From a virus, in IMG/VR virus record IMGVR_UViG_3300030004_000009, positions 64,001 through 128,000 of that record: 64,000 bases of DNA. One strand, given 5' to 3'. The translations under genes were made by a program, and so were the position numbers. Below are positions 1 through 10,394 of the stretch, piece by piece (the first letter of the stretch is position 1; each line of letters starts with the position of its first letter). A model generated the notes under the pieces. It was given only the letters and a program-made list of their open reading frames with translations, made no database searches and was not told the DNA's origin.

Positions 1-284
1 AATGAGTCTAAACTTTGTTTCCATAAATCAACTTCAATGTAATTATCAGATTCTAGATCTTCATACATTCTAATCTTCAAGCCTCCATGATTATTAAATT
101 CAGGATCGTAACGACTTACATGTCTGTAAATTGCACTATAGTTCTCAGGAGAGACTATGATATCATAGTCTCTCGGTACTTTCTTATCTAAGATATCTCC
201 AATTGAAGATCCTACTAACCATCCTTTAGAGATCATTAAAATATCTGTTATTTCTTTTGGTAATTCTCTATAAAACTTTCTCAT
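1..284 (-). CDS. Pol-beta-superfamily nucleotidyltransferase (partial, runs off the window)
   Basis: Manual translation from ATG at 284: MRKFYRELPKEITDILMISKGWLVGSSIGDILDKKVPRDYDIIVSP...IEVDLW, showing the hGS...DxD...D signature. Not in the ORF track. Confidence 0.7.
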   Translation of the reverse strand, partial: MRKFYRELPKEITDILMISKGWLVGSSIGDILDKKVPRDYDIIVSPENYSAIYRHVSRYDPEFNNHGGLKIRMYEDLESDNYIEVDLWKQSLDS

Positions 285-756
285 TTAAATGTCTTCAAAC
301 CTCTTCATAATTTTACCACCACTCTCTTCGATAGCATGAACTAACATTAAATTCCTACAGTGATCAAAGTCTTCAACTTCAGGATAAATACTATAAAATT
401 GACTATATAGAAGTTAATTGCTTTAATGTTGTTTTATTAAAGAATGTATAACCATAAATAATCTTACCTTTAGCTCCTGCAAATCCTATCTCAAAAGCTG
501 TACCATCATCAACATTAGGCCCTCTAAACGGATTTAAGTTAGCTATAACTATATCACATTCATTAAGTAATTGTATATTACCACTAAATATAGCATTAGA
601 CATTGAACTCTGATTAGTTGCTGTTGGCTCTATTTCATTATCAAGAGGTGATAATCCTATAAAGCCATATTGACTACATAAGTCTTTTAGACCTTGTAAA
701 TAGTCGGTTGCATCCTTTCTGAACACATCAGGTCCAGCTAGGTAAATTGTTCTCAT
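285..756 (-). pseudogene. Nucleoside 2-deoxyribosyltransferase-family gene, frameshifted near 405
   Basis: IYLAGPDVF, D..IANLNPFRG..DDGTAFEIG motifs. The conserved C-terminus (EVEDFDHCRNLML) continues in another frame to TAA at 285-287. Confidence 0.75.
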
Positions 757-1001
757 TTTTTATATATTTTATAATCACCATCGAATAACGATCCACTTAT
801 TGTATATTCATTACCTTTATAACTTAAGTCTTGCCAGAAGTCTACTTGCCATCCATTACTCCTATAATCATCATGATCTAGCTCACAACCGTATTGTTTA
901 CAAGTATCAAATAACAAACATAAGGGAACAACTGGTAAACTGTTAGTAGTTAACTCACCTTCTAATACACGACTAATACTTCCTATTATTTCATCCTCCA
1001 T
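753..1001 (-). CDS. hypothetical protein
   Basis: 82 aa ORF overlapping both neighbours. Confidence 0.6.
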   Translation of the reverse strand: MEDEIIGSISRVLEGELTTNSLPVVPLCLLFDTCKQYGCELDHDDYRSNGWQVDFWQDLSYKGNEYTISGSLFDGDYKIYKK

Positions 1002-1404
1002 TATAATGTTCGTCTATTTGAATTAATATTTGATTAACACGTTCCTTTGCAGCACCTGTTAGATTTAAGAACTCAGCGAAGTCTGTGTAGAATACATTAA
1101 GCTCATTGTCTTCTCCCTCTGCATCAAACACTTCATACATCATACTTTGAACTGATGGCCAACTATCATTAATACATCTTAGTATCTCTAAATTCTTTTC
1201 TGGATACCTTGCTAATAACCAACCACCATATACTTTATAGTCTACTATACTTTCATGTTGATCCACGAAATCTTCACCAACTGTACACATGTAATCATTA
1301 AATCTATCAAGTGTAATATCTCTTGTAGCTTCTTCCTCGGTCAATTCCCTTAGTGGAATGTTATAACCATTAACTGTCTTTTCTTCTTCCATTATGCGAA
1401 ACAA
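991..1404 (-). CDS. hypothetical acidic protein
   Basis: ORF in the co-directional gene run. Confidence 0.6.
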   Translation of the reverse strand: MFRIMEEEKTVNGYNIPLRELTEEEATRDITLDRFNDYMCTVGEDFVDQHESIVDYKVYGGWLLARYPEKNLEILRCINDSWPSVQSMMYEVFDAEGEDNELNVFYTDFAEFLNLTGAAKERVNQILIQIDEHYNGG

Positions 1405-1548
1405 TTATTAATAACACGTGCTGTTCTATCTAACTCTTCATCAATATATGCAATACCACCTCTACATCTAATCTTGGAGTTAATTCGTCTCTCCATGTGC
1501 TATTTGCACATGTACCACCTAAAAATACTTTATTTGTCATTCTTCATT

Positions 1549-1839
1549 CTACTCGTCGTATGCTGCTTCACTATAGCAGTCATCGCAATATCGTTGTCCT
1601 TCAAAATCATTATCTTCTGAAGTTCCACACCACCAACCACAAGATTCACATACAAAGATCCAATTATCCAACTCCATGTAATCATCTTCTGTTAGATCAT
1701 CTTCATCCATATCAGGATATTTTGGTGTATAATCATCATTAAGTATACCATCTTCTCCAAAACAACTTGATATTGGGTGTCCACATGTACCTTGAAGATT
1801 CTGTATTACATCTTCTATATCAAAATTCTCTGCTCTCAT
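1549..1839 (-). CDS. acidic zinc-finger protein
   Basis: CESC...CDDC pairs. Confidence 0.55.
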   Translation of the reverse strand: MRAENFDIEDVIQNLQGTCGHPISSCFGEDGILNDDYTPKYPDMDEDDLTEDDYMELDNWIFVCESCGWWCGTSEDNDFEGQRYCDDCYSEAAYDE

Positions 1840-2595
1840 TTAATTAAATTTATTTTCTAATGCTATTAATAGCTTTTGTATATCTACTTTATAAAAACCA
1901 CTACTATTTATACAATTGATTTCTACAATCTTCCAACCATCTGGAGTTTGACAAACATCCATAACAAATGCTGGAGCAACTTTGTATAAATCAACCATTT
2001 GTTGACCAAACTCTAAAGCTTCTGGTTCTACTCCATCTAACCATACAACATTACTATGAAAGAAGTAATAGGAAGAAGTAACAATCTTATCTCCAACTAT
2101 CCATAATCTAACTTCCTTGTAAATAGCTTTTGGAGAAGCTATTTGGATTAATGAATCGTCTGGTATATTTAGACCACTCTGTAGTTTCATATCTTCCCAT
2201 TTAACTTTAGTAAATAGTTTACCATTAAATAACTTACTATCCTTGCACGGCCTAATAAATTTTACTTCATTAAGTTGCCAATCTAAATAGTCTGTATATT
2301 TAATTATTTTACTGTCATAATTTAACATATTATCACCATAATACTTACTATGTATACTAAAATCATGATTACCACCATAAAAAGATCCAGGATAGAAATT
2401 ATATTTTTTAGCTAATCTAGCAAGTTTAACAGAACCAAATACAAATATATCTTTTCTATCTATGTTAAATTCAACTTCTTCAATAAATGGTTTACAATCA
2501 ATAACTTCATAAGCAAGATTAAGACGTTCAAGAGTTTCTATCAGTTTATGATAGTTTTCATACTGAAATGTATTCTTCTGTATTAAATAAAACAT
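1840..2595 (-). CDS. ATP-grasp domain protein (DUF4343/R2K-like)
   Basis: FIRP..DSKLF.G, EVRLWIV, FVMDV and IVEINCINSSG motifs. Confidence 0.75.
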   Translation of the reverse strand: MFYLIQKNTFQYENYHKLIETLERLNLAYEVIDCKPFIEEVEFNIDRKDIFVFGSVKLARLAKKYNFYPGSFYGGNHDFSIHSKYYGDNMLNYDSKIIKYTDYLDWQLNEVKFIRPCKDSKLFNGKLFTKVKWEDMKLQSGLNIPDDSLIQIASPKAIYKEVRLWIVGDKIVTSSYYFFHSNVVWLDGVEPEALEFGQQMVDLYKVAPAFVMDVCQTPDGWKIVEINCINSSGFYKVDIQKLLIALENKFN

Positions 2596-2598
2596 AAC

Positions 2599-3249
2599 TT
2601 ATATAAAGTCCTTATAATTTATCATAACTGGATCTCTCACCAGATAATATTGTTCATCTACTAAAGCTACGTTAAGTACTGTTGTCTTATCAGATAAGCT
2701 ATAACAGCCGGCTCCACAATGAATATGCCCACAGATTACTAGTTTAGGATTTACTTCATAAATTCTAGCTAATAACTCTTTATCACCTACTCTTTCAAAG
2801 CTACCTTCTAACTGATCTCCATAACCATATGGTGGACCATGACTGATTAACACATCCGTATCTAATGGCACTTTAGACCATATTTCTTGTAATTCCTGTC
2901 TTGTACTATTAAAAGCCCAACCACAGAAAGCAGGAGTCCATGGAGAACCATAAAACTTAACACCGTCTATGATAACCTCTTCATCTTGAAGATAGATAAT
3001 TGATGGATGCTGTATTAGGGCTTGTCTTATCTTATTCATTCTTATAGGGTCTTCAAAACTTCGTTCGTGGTTTCCTGCACAAAAGATCTTCCAGGTTGCT
3101 GGTTGATTAGCAAACCAGTTTATAAAATCATAGACAACATTAAGTTCACCATTACCTGAAATATCACCTGCATGTATAAGGACATCACATTTTTCAGTTA
3201 TGACTTTACGATGTTGACCATGACTGTCAGCTATTAATTGGAGGAGCAT
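2599..3249 (-). CDS. calcineurin-like metallophosphoesterase
   Basis: ADSHG, HAGD, AGNHE, SHGPP and GHIH motifs. Confidence 0.9.
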   Translation of the reverse strand: MLLQLIADSHGQHRKVITEKCDVLIHAGDISGNGELNVVYDFINWFANQPATWKIFCAGNHERSFEDPIRMNKIRQALIQHPSIIYLQDEEVIIDGVKFYGSPWTPAFCGWAFNSTRQELQEIWSKVPLDTDVLISHGPPYGYGDQLEGSFERVGDKELLARIYEVNPKLVICGHIHCGAGCYSLSDKTTVLNVALVDEQYYLVRDPVMINYKDFI

Positions 3250-3473
3250 TGTGTGGCTAGTTTATGTATTAACTCTTCAGCTTCTACCAGTAAATTATAC
3301 ATTCTATCTTGTTCTTCTTCACTACTATCATGTAGATCTGCTAATTCATCATCGTAGTCTAATATAGACATATGGTCTAGAAATCCAGCAGCATAGTGTA
3401 TAAATTTAGCTTTTATTTGATTATCAGTCATTTTAACTTCTACCATACTGTTCATATTTTCCTCGTATCTCAT
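3234..3473 (-). CDS. hypothetical protein
   Basis: ORF overlapping neighbours. Confidence 0.5.
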   Translation of the reverse strand: MRYEENMNSMVEVKMTDNQIKAKFIHYAAGFLDHMSILDYDDELADLHDSSEEEQDRMYNLLVEAEELIHKLATQCSSN

Positions 3474-3981
3474 TTAGTTCTTTATATCTCAACTTAAACT
3501 TACTTCTTAAAAGGCTATATAGTATAGGATTTACTAATCCATCTAAAGGTTGTTCTTTAATTAAAGCTTCACGTACTTGTGTAGCACTTACCAATGGAGT
3601 AGAACCATCATATCTATTAGTAATAGTACAAGTATAACCAGCATCAATTAGTTTTATCACATCTTGTTCATAACCTGAAAAGAATTCAACCTCATGTTTT
3701 CTACAACCCATTAAGGTTATTAAATCCTCTAACATTAGTAACCATTCCTCATCACTATTATGATCTGCTAAACCAATTATATCGAGAATAGGATAAATTT
3801 CTTTAATAAAGCTATGACGATCACTATAGCTAAATAGATTTCTATAATCAAGTGGGCTATTACAACTTCCCAATATCAATTGAGAGTTATGATAATCATA
3901 TTTCTCAAGCATTTGATCAATTATGAACTCATGACCAAGATGTAGTGGGCTAAATCTACCCATATAAATTCCAATTTTCAT
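3433..3981 (-). CDS. NMN adenylyltransferase-like (NadM/NadR-type HxGH nucleotidyltransferase)
   Basis: GRFSPLHLGH, LGS, N.F...R and VSATQVR motifs. Confidence 0.8.
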   Translation of the reverse strand: MKIGIYMGRFSPLHLGHEFIIDQMLEKYDYHNSQLILGSCNSPLDYRNLFSYSDRHSFIKEIYPILDIIGLADHNSDEEWLLMLEDLITLMGCRKHEVEFFSGYEQDVIKLIDAGYTCTITNRYDGSTPLVSATQVREALIKEQPLDGLVNPILYSLLRSKFKLRYKELNEIRGKYEQYGRS

Positions 3982-4400
3982 AATAGTCCTTTATAAATTA
4001 TTTGTGATGCTACAATCTCATTATCCTGTAGATAATATTTAGTATTAGCTGGTATAATGAATTTACCAACTACATTCTTAAAACCTGTTTGTTTATACAT
4101 TTGTTTACTATACTGTGCAACATACTCATTTAAAGATATAAATGCATGATAACCTTCTTCTATAAAATATAAAGGAGAAGCATTAGTATCTATCTCTTTA
4201 ACTATCAGTTCGACTTTAGGTTGTAACACATTAGCTACATAAATGAAGTCCATTCTACAGATAGGAATAAAGGTTTTATCATCCTTACCTATATCTAGTC
4301 TACCTATTGAGAATAATGTCTTAGGATAACCTAACTTATAAACAGTAATATCAACAGGCTTCACTTTTACAGTACTATCTTTTTTAACTGTTAAACACAT
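3978..4400 (-). CDS. hypothetical phage protein
   Basis: MCL...DITVYK...GYHAF...FIIP.TKYY pattern typical of Bacteroidota phage proteins. Confidence 0.6.
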   Translation of the reverse strand: MCLTVKKDSTVKVKPVDITVYKLGYPKTLFSIGRLDIGKDDKTFIPICRMDFIYVANVLQPKVELIVKEIDTNASPLYFIEEGYHAFISLNEYVAQYSKQMYKQTGFKNVVGKFIIPANTKYYLQDNEIVASQIIYKGLL

Positions 4401-4702
4401 GCTTTTATAATATAAAGTTCACTAATTGTTGCTTTCTTTTGTATATATCTTGCTAAGGAACGAGCAGGAATTTGAGCTTCAAGAGCTGTAATACCTATGT
4501 CTTCTGAAAGATAATATGTTGGTATATTAAAAGGATCACCAGGTCCGTCGTCTAATAAATCAATAGCGAACTCATAGGTATCATCTTTAAGTGTAAATCT
4601 ATAGAATAATTGTCCTGCTTTATATCTATTTAGATAAGCAATAGTTTGATCTTTATAAAGATCTTTTATTAATTCATTTATACTTGTTTTATATGCTATC
4701 AT
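4391..4702 (-). CDS. hypothetical protein
   Basis: 103 aa ORF. Confidence 0.55.
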   Translation of the reverse strand: MIAYKTSINELIKDLYKDQTIAYLNRYKAGQLFYRFTLKDDTYEFAIDLLDDGPGDPFNIPTYYLSEDIGITALEAQIPARSLARYIQKKATISELYIIKACV

Positions 4703-4725
4703 ATTAATTTGTTTTCCATCTTATT

Positions 4726-5415
4726 TCATATTAACATTAACCTATCTACACCTATTGCCCAACCGAAGCCATTCTCATAGGCACCTCCTCCACATATTTG
4801 TTTCTGAGTACCTAAAGCATTCCAACTTATCTCAAAATCTTTACCCTCTTTATAATAATCTAAACCTCTTGTGGCTAACTTATTTACTATAAGGTTATTA
4901 TCAATTAACGCACCATAAATATTATCATGATGTTTATAGTCTTCATATATTACACTTCTTATACCAGCTTCTGCAACACCCATATACCAATCGTACCAAG
5001 AGGTTTCATTATAGTCAGGTTCAGGATTTAAGATTTCTACTCCAAATTGAGTAAATTCTCTATAACGTCCAGCCTGGGGCTTCTCAGCTCTAAAGCACTG
5101 TTGAGTGTAGAATAATTTAACATTCTTTTCATATTTAAAGGTTGTAGTTGCAAGTTTCTGTATTACTGTTGTATATTCAGGGGCAAGACATAAATCTCTA
5201 TCACCTAAATCCTTAAAGTTATACATCATATGATTATTCTCTTTACTAAGCTTACCTAAGTATGTCTTCTGGAACTGTAATACTGGTAATATTATTCGTT
5301 TGAACTCGTGTCTCTTAATATGTTCCTCGAGGATCCTTATGATTTCCTGCTTCTTCTCAGCTTCTTCACCAATTAGTATCCTTGTACCTTTTGTAGTTAA
5401 GTTTTCTATAGTCAT
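4726..5415 (-). CDS. hisS: Histidyl-tRNA synthetase catalytic core lacking the anticodon-binding domain
   Basis: KGTR N-terminus, LAPEYT, motif 2 FRAEKPQAGRYREFTQFGVE, RGLDYY, GGGAY and motif 3 GWAIGVDRL, followed almost immediately by the stop. Likely start is the ATG at 5415 (TAATG coupling). Confidence 0.8.
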   Translation of the reverse strand: MTIENLTTKGTRILIGEEAEKKQEIIRILEEHIKRHEFKRIILPVLQFQKTYLGKLSKENNHMMYNFKDLGDRDLCLAPEYTTVIQKLATTTFKYEKNVKLFYTQQCFRAEKPQAGRYREFTQFGVEILNPEPDYNETSWYDWYMGVAEAGIRSVIYEDYKHHDNIYGALIDNNLIVNKLATRGLDYYKEGKDFEISWNALGTQKQICGGGAYENGFGWAIGVDRLMLI

Positions 5416-5771
5416 TAATTTGTATATTGTATATAAATTACATTTGGATAGTGACCTAGGACTAATAAAGTTACTGGACATAACCACAGATCAAACGACT
5501 CTGGTCTTTCTGTCTCAAAATCTGCTCTATACCATGATCCAACCATCTCAAACTCTTCTTGCTCAAAAGGTAACCATCTATGTAATATAACTATTGTATA
5601 AGGTGTTAGTGTATCTGTTAGACTAACTTCAAGAGTACTCTTATTATGTGATAAGACATCACACAAAGAGTCAGCTCCTGATACCATTTCTAGATCGTTT
5701 TTATCTCCTTGATAATCATCAAGAAAAATAAACCATCTATTATCATCTTCTTTTTTAAATATTAGATTCAT
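5415..5771 (-). CDS. DUF6717-like hypothetical protein
   Basis: LEMVSGAD.LCD...WLCPV...P..IY pattern. Confidence 0.55.
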   Translation of the reverse strand: MNLIFKKEDDNRWFIFLDDYQGDKNDLEMVSGADSLCDVLSHNKSTLEVSLTDTLTPYTIVILHRWLPFEQEEFEMVGSWYRADFETERPESFDLWLCPVTLLVLGHYPNVIYIQYTN

Positions 5772-5781
5772 CCTACTTAAT

Positions 5782-6069
5782 TTATAAATAACCTGTTACT
5801 TCGTGTGTATAAGGAAAAACTTCAATAGCCTCTTGATCCCATTCTTCATTATCATCTAAACAGCTATGTAGACTAAATCTAAAGTACTTATTATCAGATA
5901 GCCGTTTAATTATATATTGTATAATTACATAACCTATATAAATATCATAATCTATTACACTCTCCTCTATCATTTCAAAATCTTCAAAACAACCTTCATC
6001 TTCGAGATCGTTAATTAATTCTCTTGTTATTTCAAATGTCTCTCTTGCTTCAACTACCATGTTTATCAA
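5782..6069 (-). CDS. hypothetical acidic phage protein
   Basis: 95 aa ORF with KRLSDNKYF...EVFP...V..Y pattern. Confidence 0.55.
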   Translation of the reverse strand: MINMVVEARETFEITRELINDLEDEGCFEDFEMIEESVIDYDIYIGYVIIQYIIKRLSDNKYFRFSLHSCLDDNEEWDQEAIEVFPYTHEVTGYL

Positions 6070-6661
6070 TAATTTTAGGTGTTTTCTTCTCCATTATCTT
6101 CTTCACTTGTTCAAATGAAAGTGGTGTATAGTTATAATCCTTACCGTTAATTCCTACATCAAATGAAAGGGAATTAGGATCATCAGGTAGAGAGTGATGT
6201 GAATGTCCATATAGATGCCAAGTCGATTTGTGTGACTTTCGCCAAGTCCTCATAGCGTAATGACAGAGTACTATATTCTGTTTCTCTACTACTATCTCAG
6301 CTAAGTTACCTAAATAAGTACCATACTTCTTAAAAGATCTAATAGTTTGCTCACTATCATGATTACCATCTATAAAGAACTTATTACCATTTAATCTTTG
6401 TAACCATTCTTCTGTTCTTTTACCATCAAAGGAGAAATCACCTAAGAAATACCAGTCGTCATCATCACTTATAACTGAATTATGATTCTCAATTATAGCA
6501 TTATTCATTTCCTCAACAGAATTGAAAGGTCGATTATCATACTTGATTATGTTAAAATGGGAGAAATGTAAATCTGAAGAAAAGAATGACTGTTTAGTCA
6601 CTCCTTTCTCAGTATTCTTTTTATTTGATGAATTGCTCATTATCGTCATTAAAGTTTTCAA
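6050..6661 (-). CDS. calcineurin-like phosphoesterase (phage type)
   Basis: SDLHFSH, LGDF, GNHD, CHY, GHSH and DVG motifs. Confidence 0.9.
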   Translation of the reverse strand: MKTLMTIMSNSSNKKNTEKGVTKQSFFSSDLHFSHFNIIKYDNRPFNSVEEMNNAIIENHNSVISDDDDWYFLGDFSFDGKRTEEWLQRLNGNKFFIDGNHDSEQTIRSFKKYGTYLGNLAEIVVEKQNIVLCHYAMRTWRKSHKSTWHLYGHSHHSLPDDPNSLSFDVGINGKDYNYTPLSFEQVKKIMEKKTPKIIDKHGS

Positions 6662-6878
6662 AAATAAACTTCATCTCTTCTTCAGTTGTTATTACACTTT
6701 CTAAAGGAGGATTCTCACTGAAGAACTCATCAAAAGCTAATTCCATTGCTAAATTATCTAACTCTTCAATAGCTTTCATAAGTTTTCTAATGACATGTTG
6801 TTCTCTTATATGTCTAGGTTTATCAATTTCATAAAGTAAGAATTTAAAAACTTCTTTATTTAGTTCCTGTTGTTCCAT
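6621..6878 (-). CDS. hypothetical protein
   Basis: ORF in the gene run. Confidence 0.5.
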   Translation of the reverse strand: MEQQELNKEVFKFLLYEIDKPRHIREQHVIRKLMKAIEELDNLAMELAFDEFFSENPPLESVITTEEEMKFIFENFNDDNEQFIK

Positions 6879-7181
6879 TTAATAATAACTACTTCGTGTA
6901 TTTTCATTTAACTCTTGTGGCTCTAAATCATCAAATAAGTTTAATAACTCATCATAGTTATCAATTGCCTTTTGATAAGCGTCTTGTAGGAAATTAGGAA
7001 TTTCTATCCAAGTATATTGAGGTTCTGAACCTATATAAGAATCCTGCCAAGCTCCGGATATCTGAAAGTCTTTATTAGACTGTTCAAGTTCTTTAATATC
7101 ATCAGTTATAAAAAGAGCAGTTTGTCCATTAATGTCTTCTTTTGCAGAAGACACAATTTCAGTTCGTTTTACTAAATACAT
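6879..7181 (-). CDS. hypothetical protein
   Basis: translationally coupled ORF. Confidence 0.55.
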   Translation of the reverse strand: MYLVKRTEIVSSAKEDINGQTALFITDDIKELEQSNKDFQISGAWQDSYIGSEPQYTWIEIPNFLQDAYQKAIDNYDELLNLFDDLEPQELNENTRSSYY

Positions 7182-7696
7182 TACTTTATAGGTTGAGCTA
7201 ATTGATAATTACTAAACTCAGGATATGATGTTACATCTGCAAGTATATACTTATCAAAGAACTCTGGTAACTCAAAGTAAGTATCCACTTCTAACAAGTC
7301 TTGATATTTATCCTGAAATTCAATTTCCATTAATAATATATCAACACGTGGACTAACAAACCTTAAATGATCAATTTCATAAGTAAAACCGTCTGCTACA
7401 TTAAGATAAGTCCTACGAACTTTAGTTAACTCTTTATAAGCTGATTTGTGAAGTTTTAGATACTCTTTTTCAGTTATAGTCTTTGATTCCTCAATAGATT
7501 GTCCTTCACCTATCTTATTCTTAATTTGATGAAAATACTCTTTAATCTTTGCTCCTGGTTTACTTATTATACGGAGACGTTCGTCTTTAGATAGATAACT
7601 CTGTACTATCTTCTCTGCTTTGATAAATTCAAAGTTGTGATTTGTTAAATCCGGTATTTCTTTCAACACCCATTTTTTTTCTAGTTCTATTGCCAT
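7181..7696 (-). CDS. CYTH / triphosphate tunnel metalloenzyme
   Basis: N-terminal ExExK (IELEKK), QSY, RLR, K.R, EID, EIEF and DVT...SN.LA motifs. Confidence 0.8.
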   Translation of the reverse strand: MAIELEKKWVLKEIPDLTNHNFEFIKAEKIVQSYLSKDERLRIISKPGAKIKEYFHQIKNKIGEGQSIEESKTITEKEYLKLHKSAYKELTKVRRTYLNVADGFTYEIDHLRFVSPRVDILLMEIEFQDKYQDLLEVDTYFELPEFFDKYILADVTSYPEFSNYQLAQPIK

Positions 7697-7705
7697 TTTT
7701 CTTAT

Positions 7706-8485
7706 TTAAATATCCATATCAATTAGGAAATCCTTTCCTATAAGTTCTGGATAGTTTTCTATTATCCAACTATCTAACTTATCATACACATAATCCTCAT
7801 GCATATCTAAAGTCCATTTTACATAACAATCATTTGGAAATTGTTCAATTTCCAAATGATCTTCTACTAACTCTTGTGGTATTGCATGATAACTTAATAC
7901 CTTTGTGTTTAATTCTATTATTGCTTTCATACTTACTCGTCTTCACCTAATAGGTTATAAAGATCAATATTTAAATCCTCATATTCATCTTCATCTAAAT
8001 CAAGTTCAAACAAAGCAATATCAACAAACTCCGCAGCTTGTTCAATAATATCCATTAACCTTCGATCAAGAGGTACTATCATTAAATTTGTAAAACCCAA
8101 ACCTTCATAGTCCTCTATAAGAGATCTAGCTTGATCTAAGTCGTCACAAATTAATAAAGAATCATCATACGGATCAGGCATGATCCCTGGTTTGTCTTCT
8201 GTGTTTAATAGTATATATTTCATAATCTTATTTATTTAAATTTAATAATGTTTGTTGTTGATTCCATTCTTCATATTCTTCATCACCATTTGAGTTAGTT
8301 CTTGAATATGAGAACGCTGCCATTTTATCAAAGAATGGCTTTAAGTCACGATATGTCCATGTAGCAGTATGAAAACTAACCAGAAAGTTAGTTAAGATAT
8401 TGACTTGTTCTTTAAATGGTAAGTCTATTAGTTTAAACCTTAAGTCTTCTTCCTCACTTTGCTCTTCCATTACTCTCTCCTTCAT
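7706..8485 (-). CDS. three small acidic hypothetical ORFs (7706-7930, 7933-8223, 8228-8485)
   Basis: tightly packed ORFs from the track. Confidence 0.5.
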
Positions 8486-8599
8486 AAAACATACGACCTT
8501 TATCTTGTAATATCCATCGTTTATAGATTAATATACCATTTGCATAGATAAATAATTGATTATCTACTATTTCTTTTGTTAATTTTACATGAGTCATAA

Positions 8600-8891
8600 T
8601 TACCAACCAAATGCTTCTTCCATCCCTTTTCTATTTAAATATGATATAATAATAAGAGTACCAATCACTCCTCCTAATATACCAACTATTAATCCTGTCC
8701 AAAACATATTATTTCATTATAAAGTGTAATTTAATTATCTAAAGGTTTATAATTTCTATTAATCCATAGAAATTCGTAGATTAAGCCTATTATTATAAAT
8801 AATATTACTATTCCCATTTGCTTATTATTTTATTAAACCAATCCTTACTTTTACCTATTATAAAGCCTATCGCTATTCCTATAAGTATCAT
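8600..8891 (-). CDS. three tiny single-TM peptides (8600-8707, 8731-8817, 8808-8891)
   Basis: Manual translation: MFWTGLIVGILGGVIGTLIIISYL..., MGIVILFIIIGLIYEFLWI..., MILIGIAIGFIIGK... Confidence 0.45.
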
Positions 8892-9098
8892 TCGTGATAA
8901 TTTTGTAATATTGGTAATATAAAGTCTGCTATTTTATCTCCTTCTTTCTTTTTACCTGCTGGTATTAGAAATGTCTGTTTAAGTTCTTGTTCTTTACCTT
9001 TATCGTTAAGAACAACATTAACTTTTACAATTACATTAGAAGAATATTTACGTTCTTCTAATTCATAATAAGTTCTTAATATCTCCATATTTTGACTA

Positions 9099-9476
9099 TT
9101 ACACTAACCTACATGGTATTGTTAAATCCTCAGATAGATAATAGATACTACACAATCTGTGATAACCATCCGCAATAATTAACTTCTTTCCATATCTTAA
9201 TAAAAGGATAGGTGATAACTTCTTACCACTTTTGACTTTCTTTAAATTTTCTTTAACATGTACATTAGTCTTAGATAATAATGGAAGTCCACTAGCTCGT
9301 AGTATATCTTTAGCCTTTTTAAGAACTGTATCGGTATCTTCTAACTGTTCAATTAAACTTTCTGCAAATGGCCTATTCATTAGCAGTTCTAAATAGTCTA
9401 ATGCAGCAGGAAAGTCATGTTTTAAAGGTTCATCTAACCATATGTCTTTATAATTCTTTTTCCTATTTTTACTCAT
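9099..9476 (-). CDS. ParB/Srx-like domain protein
   Basis: LSPILL...LIIADGYHRL signature. Confidence 0.65.
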   Translation of the reverse strand: MSKNRKKNYKDIWLDEPLKHDFPAALDYLELLMNRPFAESLIEQLEDTDTVLKKAKDILRASGLPLLSKTNVHVKENLKKVKSGKKLSPILLLRYGKKLIIADGYHRLCSIYYLSEDLTIPCRLV

Positions 9477-10394
9477 ATTAAACTTAACTCTTGACTATCG
9501 TTTATCTTTAATGAAGGATTGTTAGATGGTTTAGTGAATAAACCACTATTATTATCATCATTATCTCTTAATAATTCTATTACAATAAGAAATAGAATTA
9601 TTCCTATAACTATTCCCATATTAATTGATTAAACGTTCTATGATCCTTCTCTTGTAGCTGTTCATCCTTTTCTTTTATACTACCTCTTAATTTGTCTAAC
9701 TCATTTATAGTTAGACTTACATTACCATTTACATCCATTGTTCTTTTGGTATTAAAATTGTCTTATTTGTTTTAAGTTTTCTTCTTGTAAATTCGTAGTT
9801 CCATAACTCTTGATTAGCTTTGACTATTTTTTGTCTCAACTCATCCTCTTTATAAAGATACCATTCGTTAAGAGTCATTATAGCTTCTAAATCAATCCAA
9901 TATAATTGTTTATCAAAATCTATTGTCATATTGGAACTCCATTAACGGTAGAAGGTGAGTTTGGAAAACTAAAAGTTAATTTAACTTCTAGCTCATGACC
10001 ATTATCTGCATAATCTTTACTTACTTCTTCATAAGTATTAAAATTCTTAGTACATTTAATAAGCGCTCTACCATATTCATCTGCTATAAACCACTCCCAT
10101 TTATTGTCTTCTTGTCTATGAAAATAACAGACATTTTGTTTTTTCTTTGCCATTATAAATTGATTAATCCAATTTCTCGTTCATAAATAACCTTATAATA
10201 AGTTACGATAGCTTTAGCAATTTCTATACTAGATTGAGCATTAGGTTCTATTATTGTAAATCTATGTGGTTCATTAGTATCTATGTAGAATTGAGGTTTA
10301 ATATTTTCAAAACTTCTAACTAATGCTTCATTCAATAATTTTAATCTCTCATCACTCTTTAAAAGTTCTAAAAACTTCTTTATTTCTTCTATCA

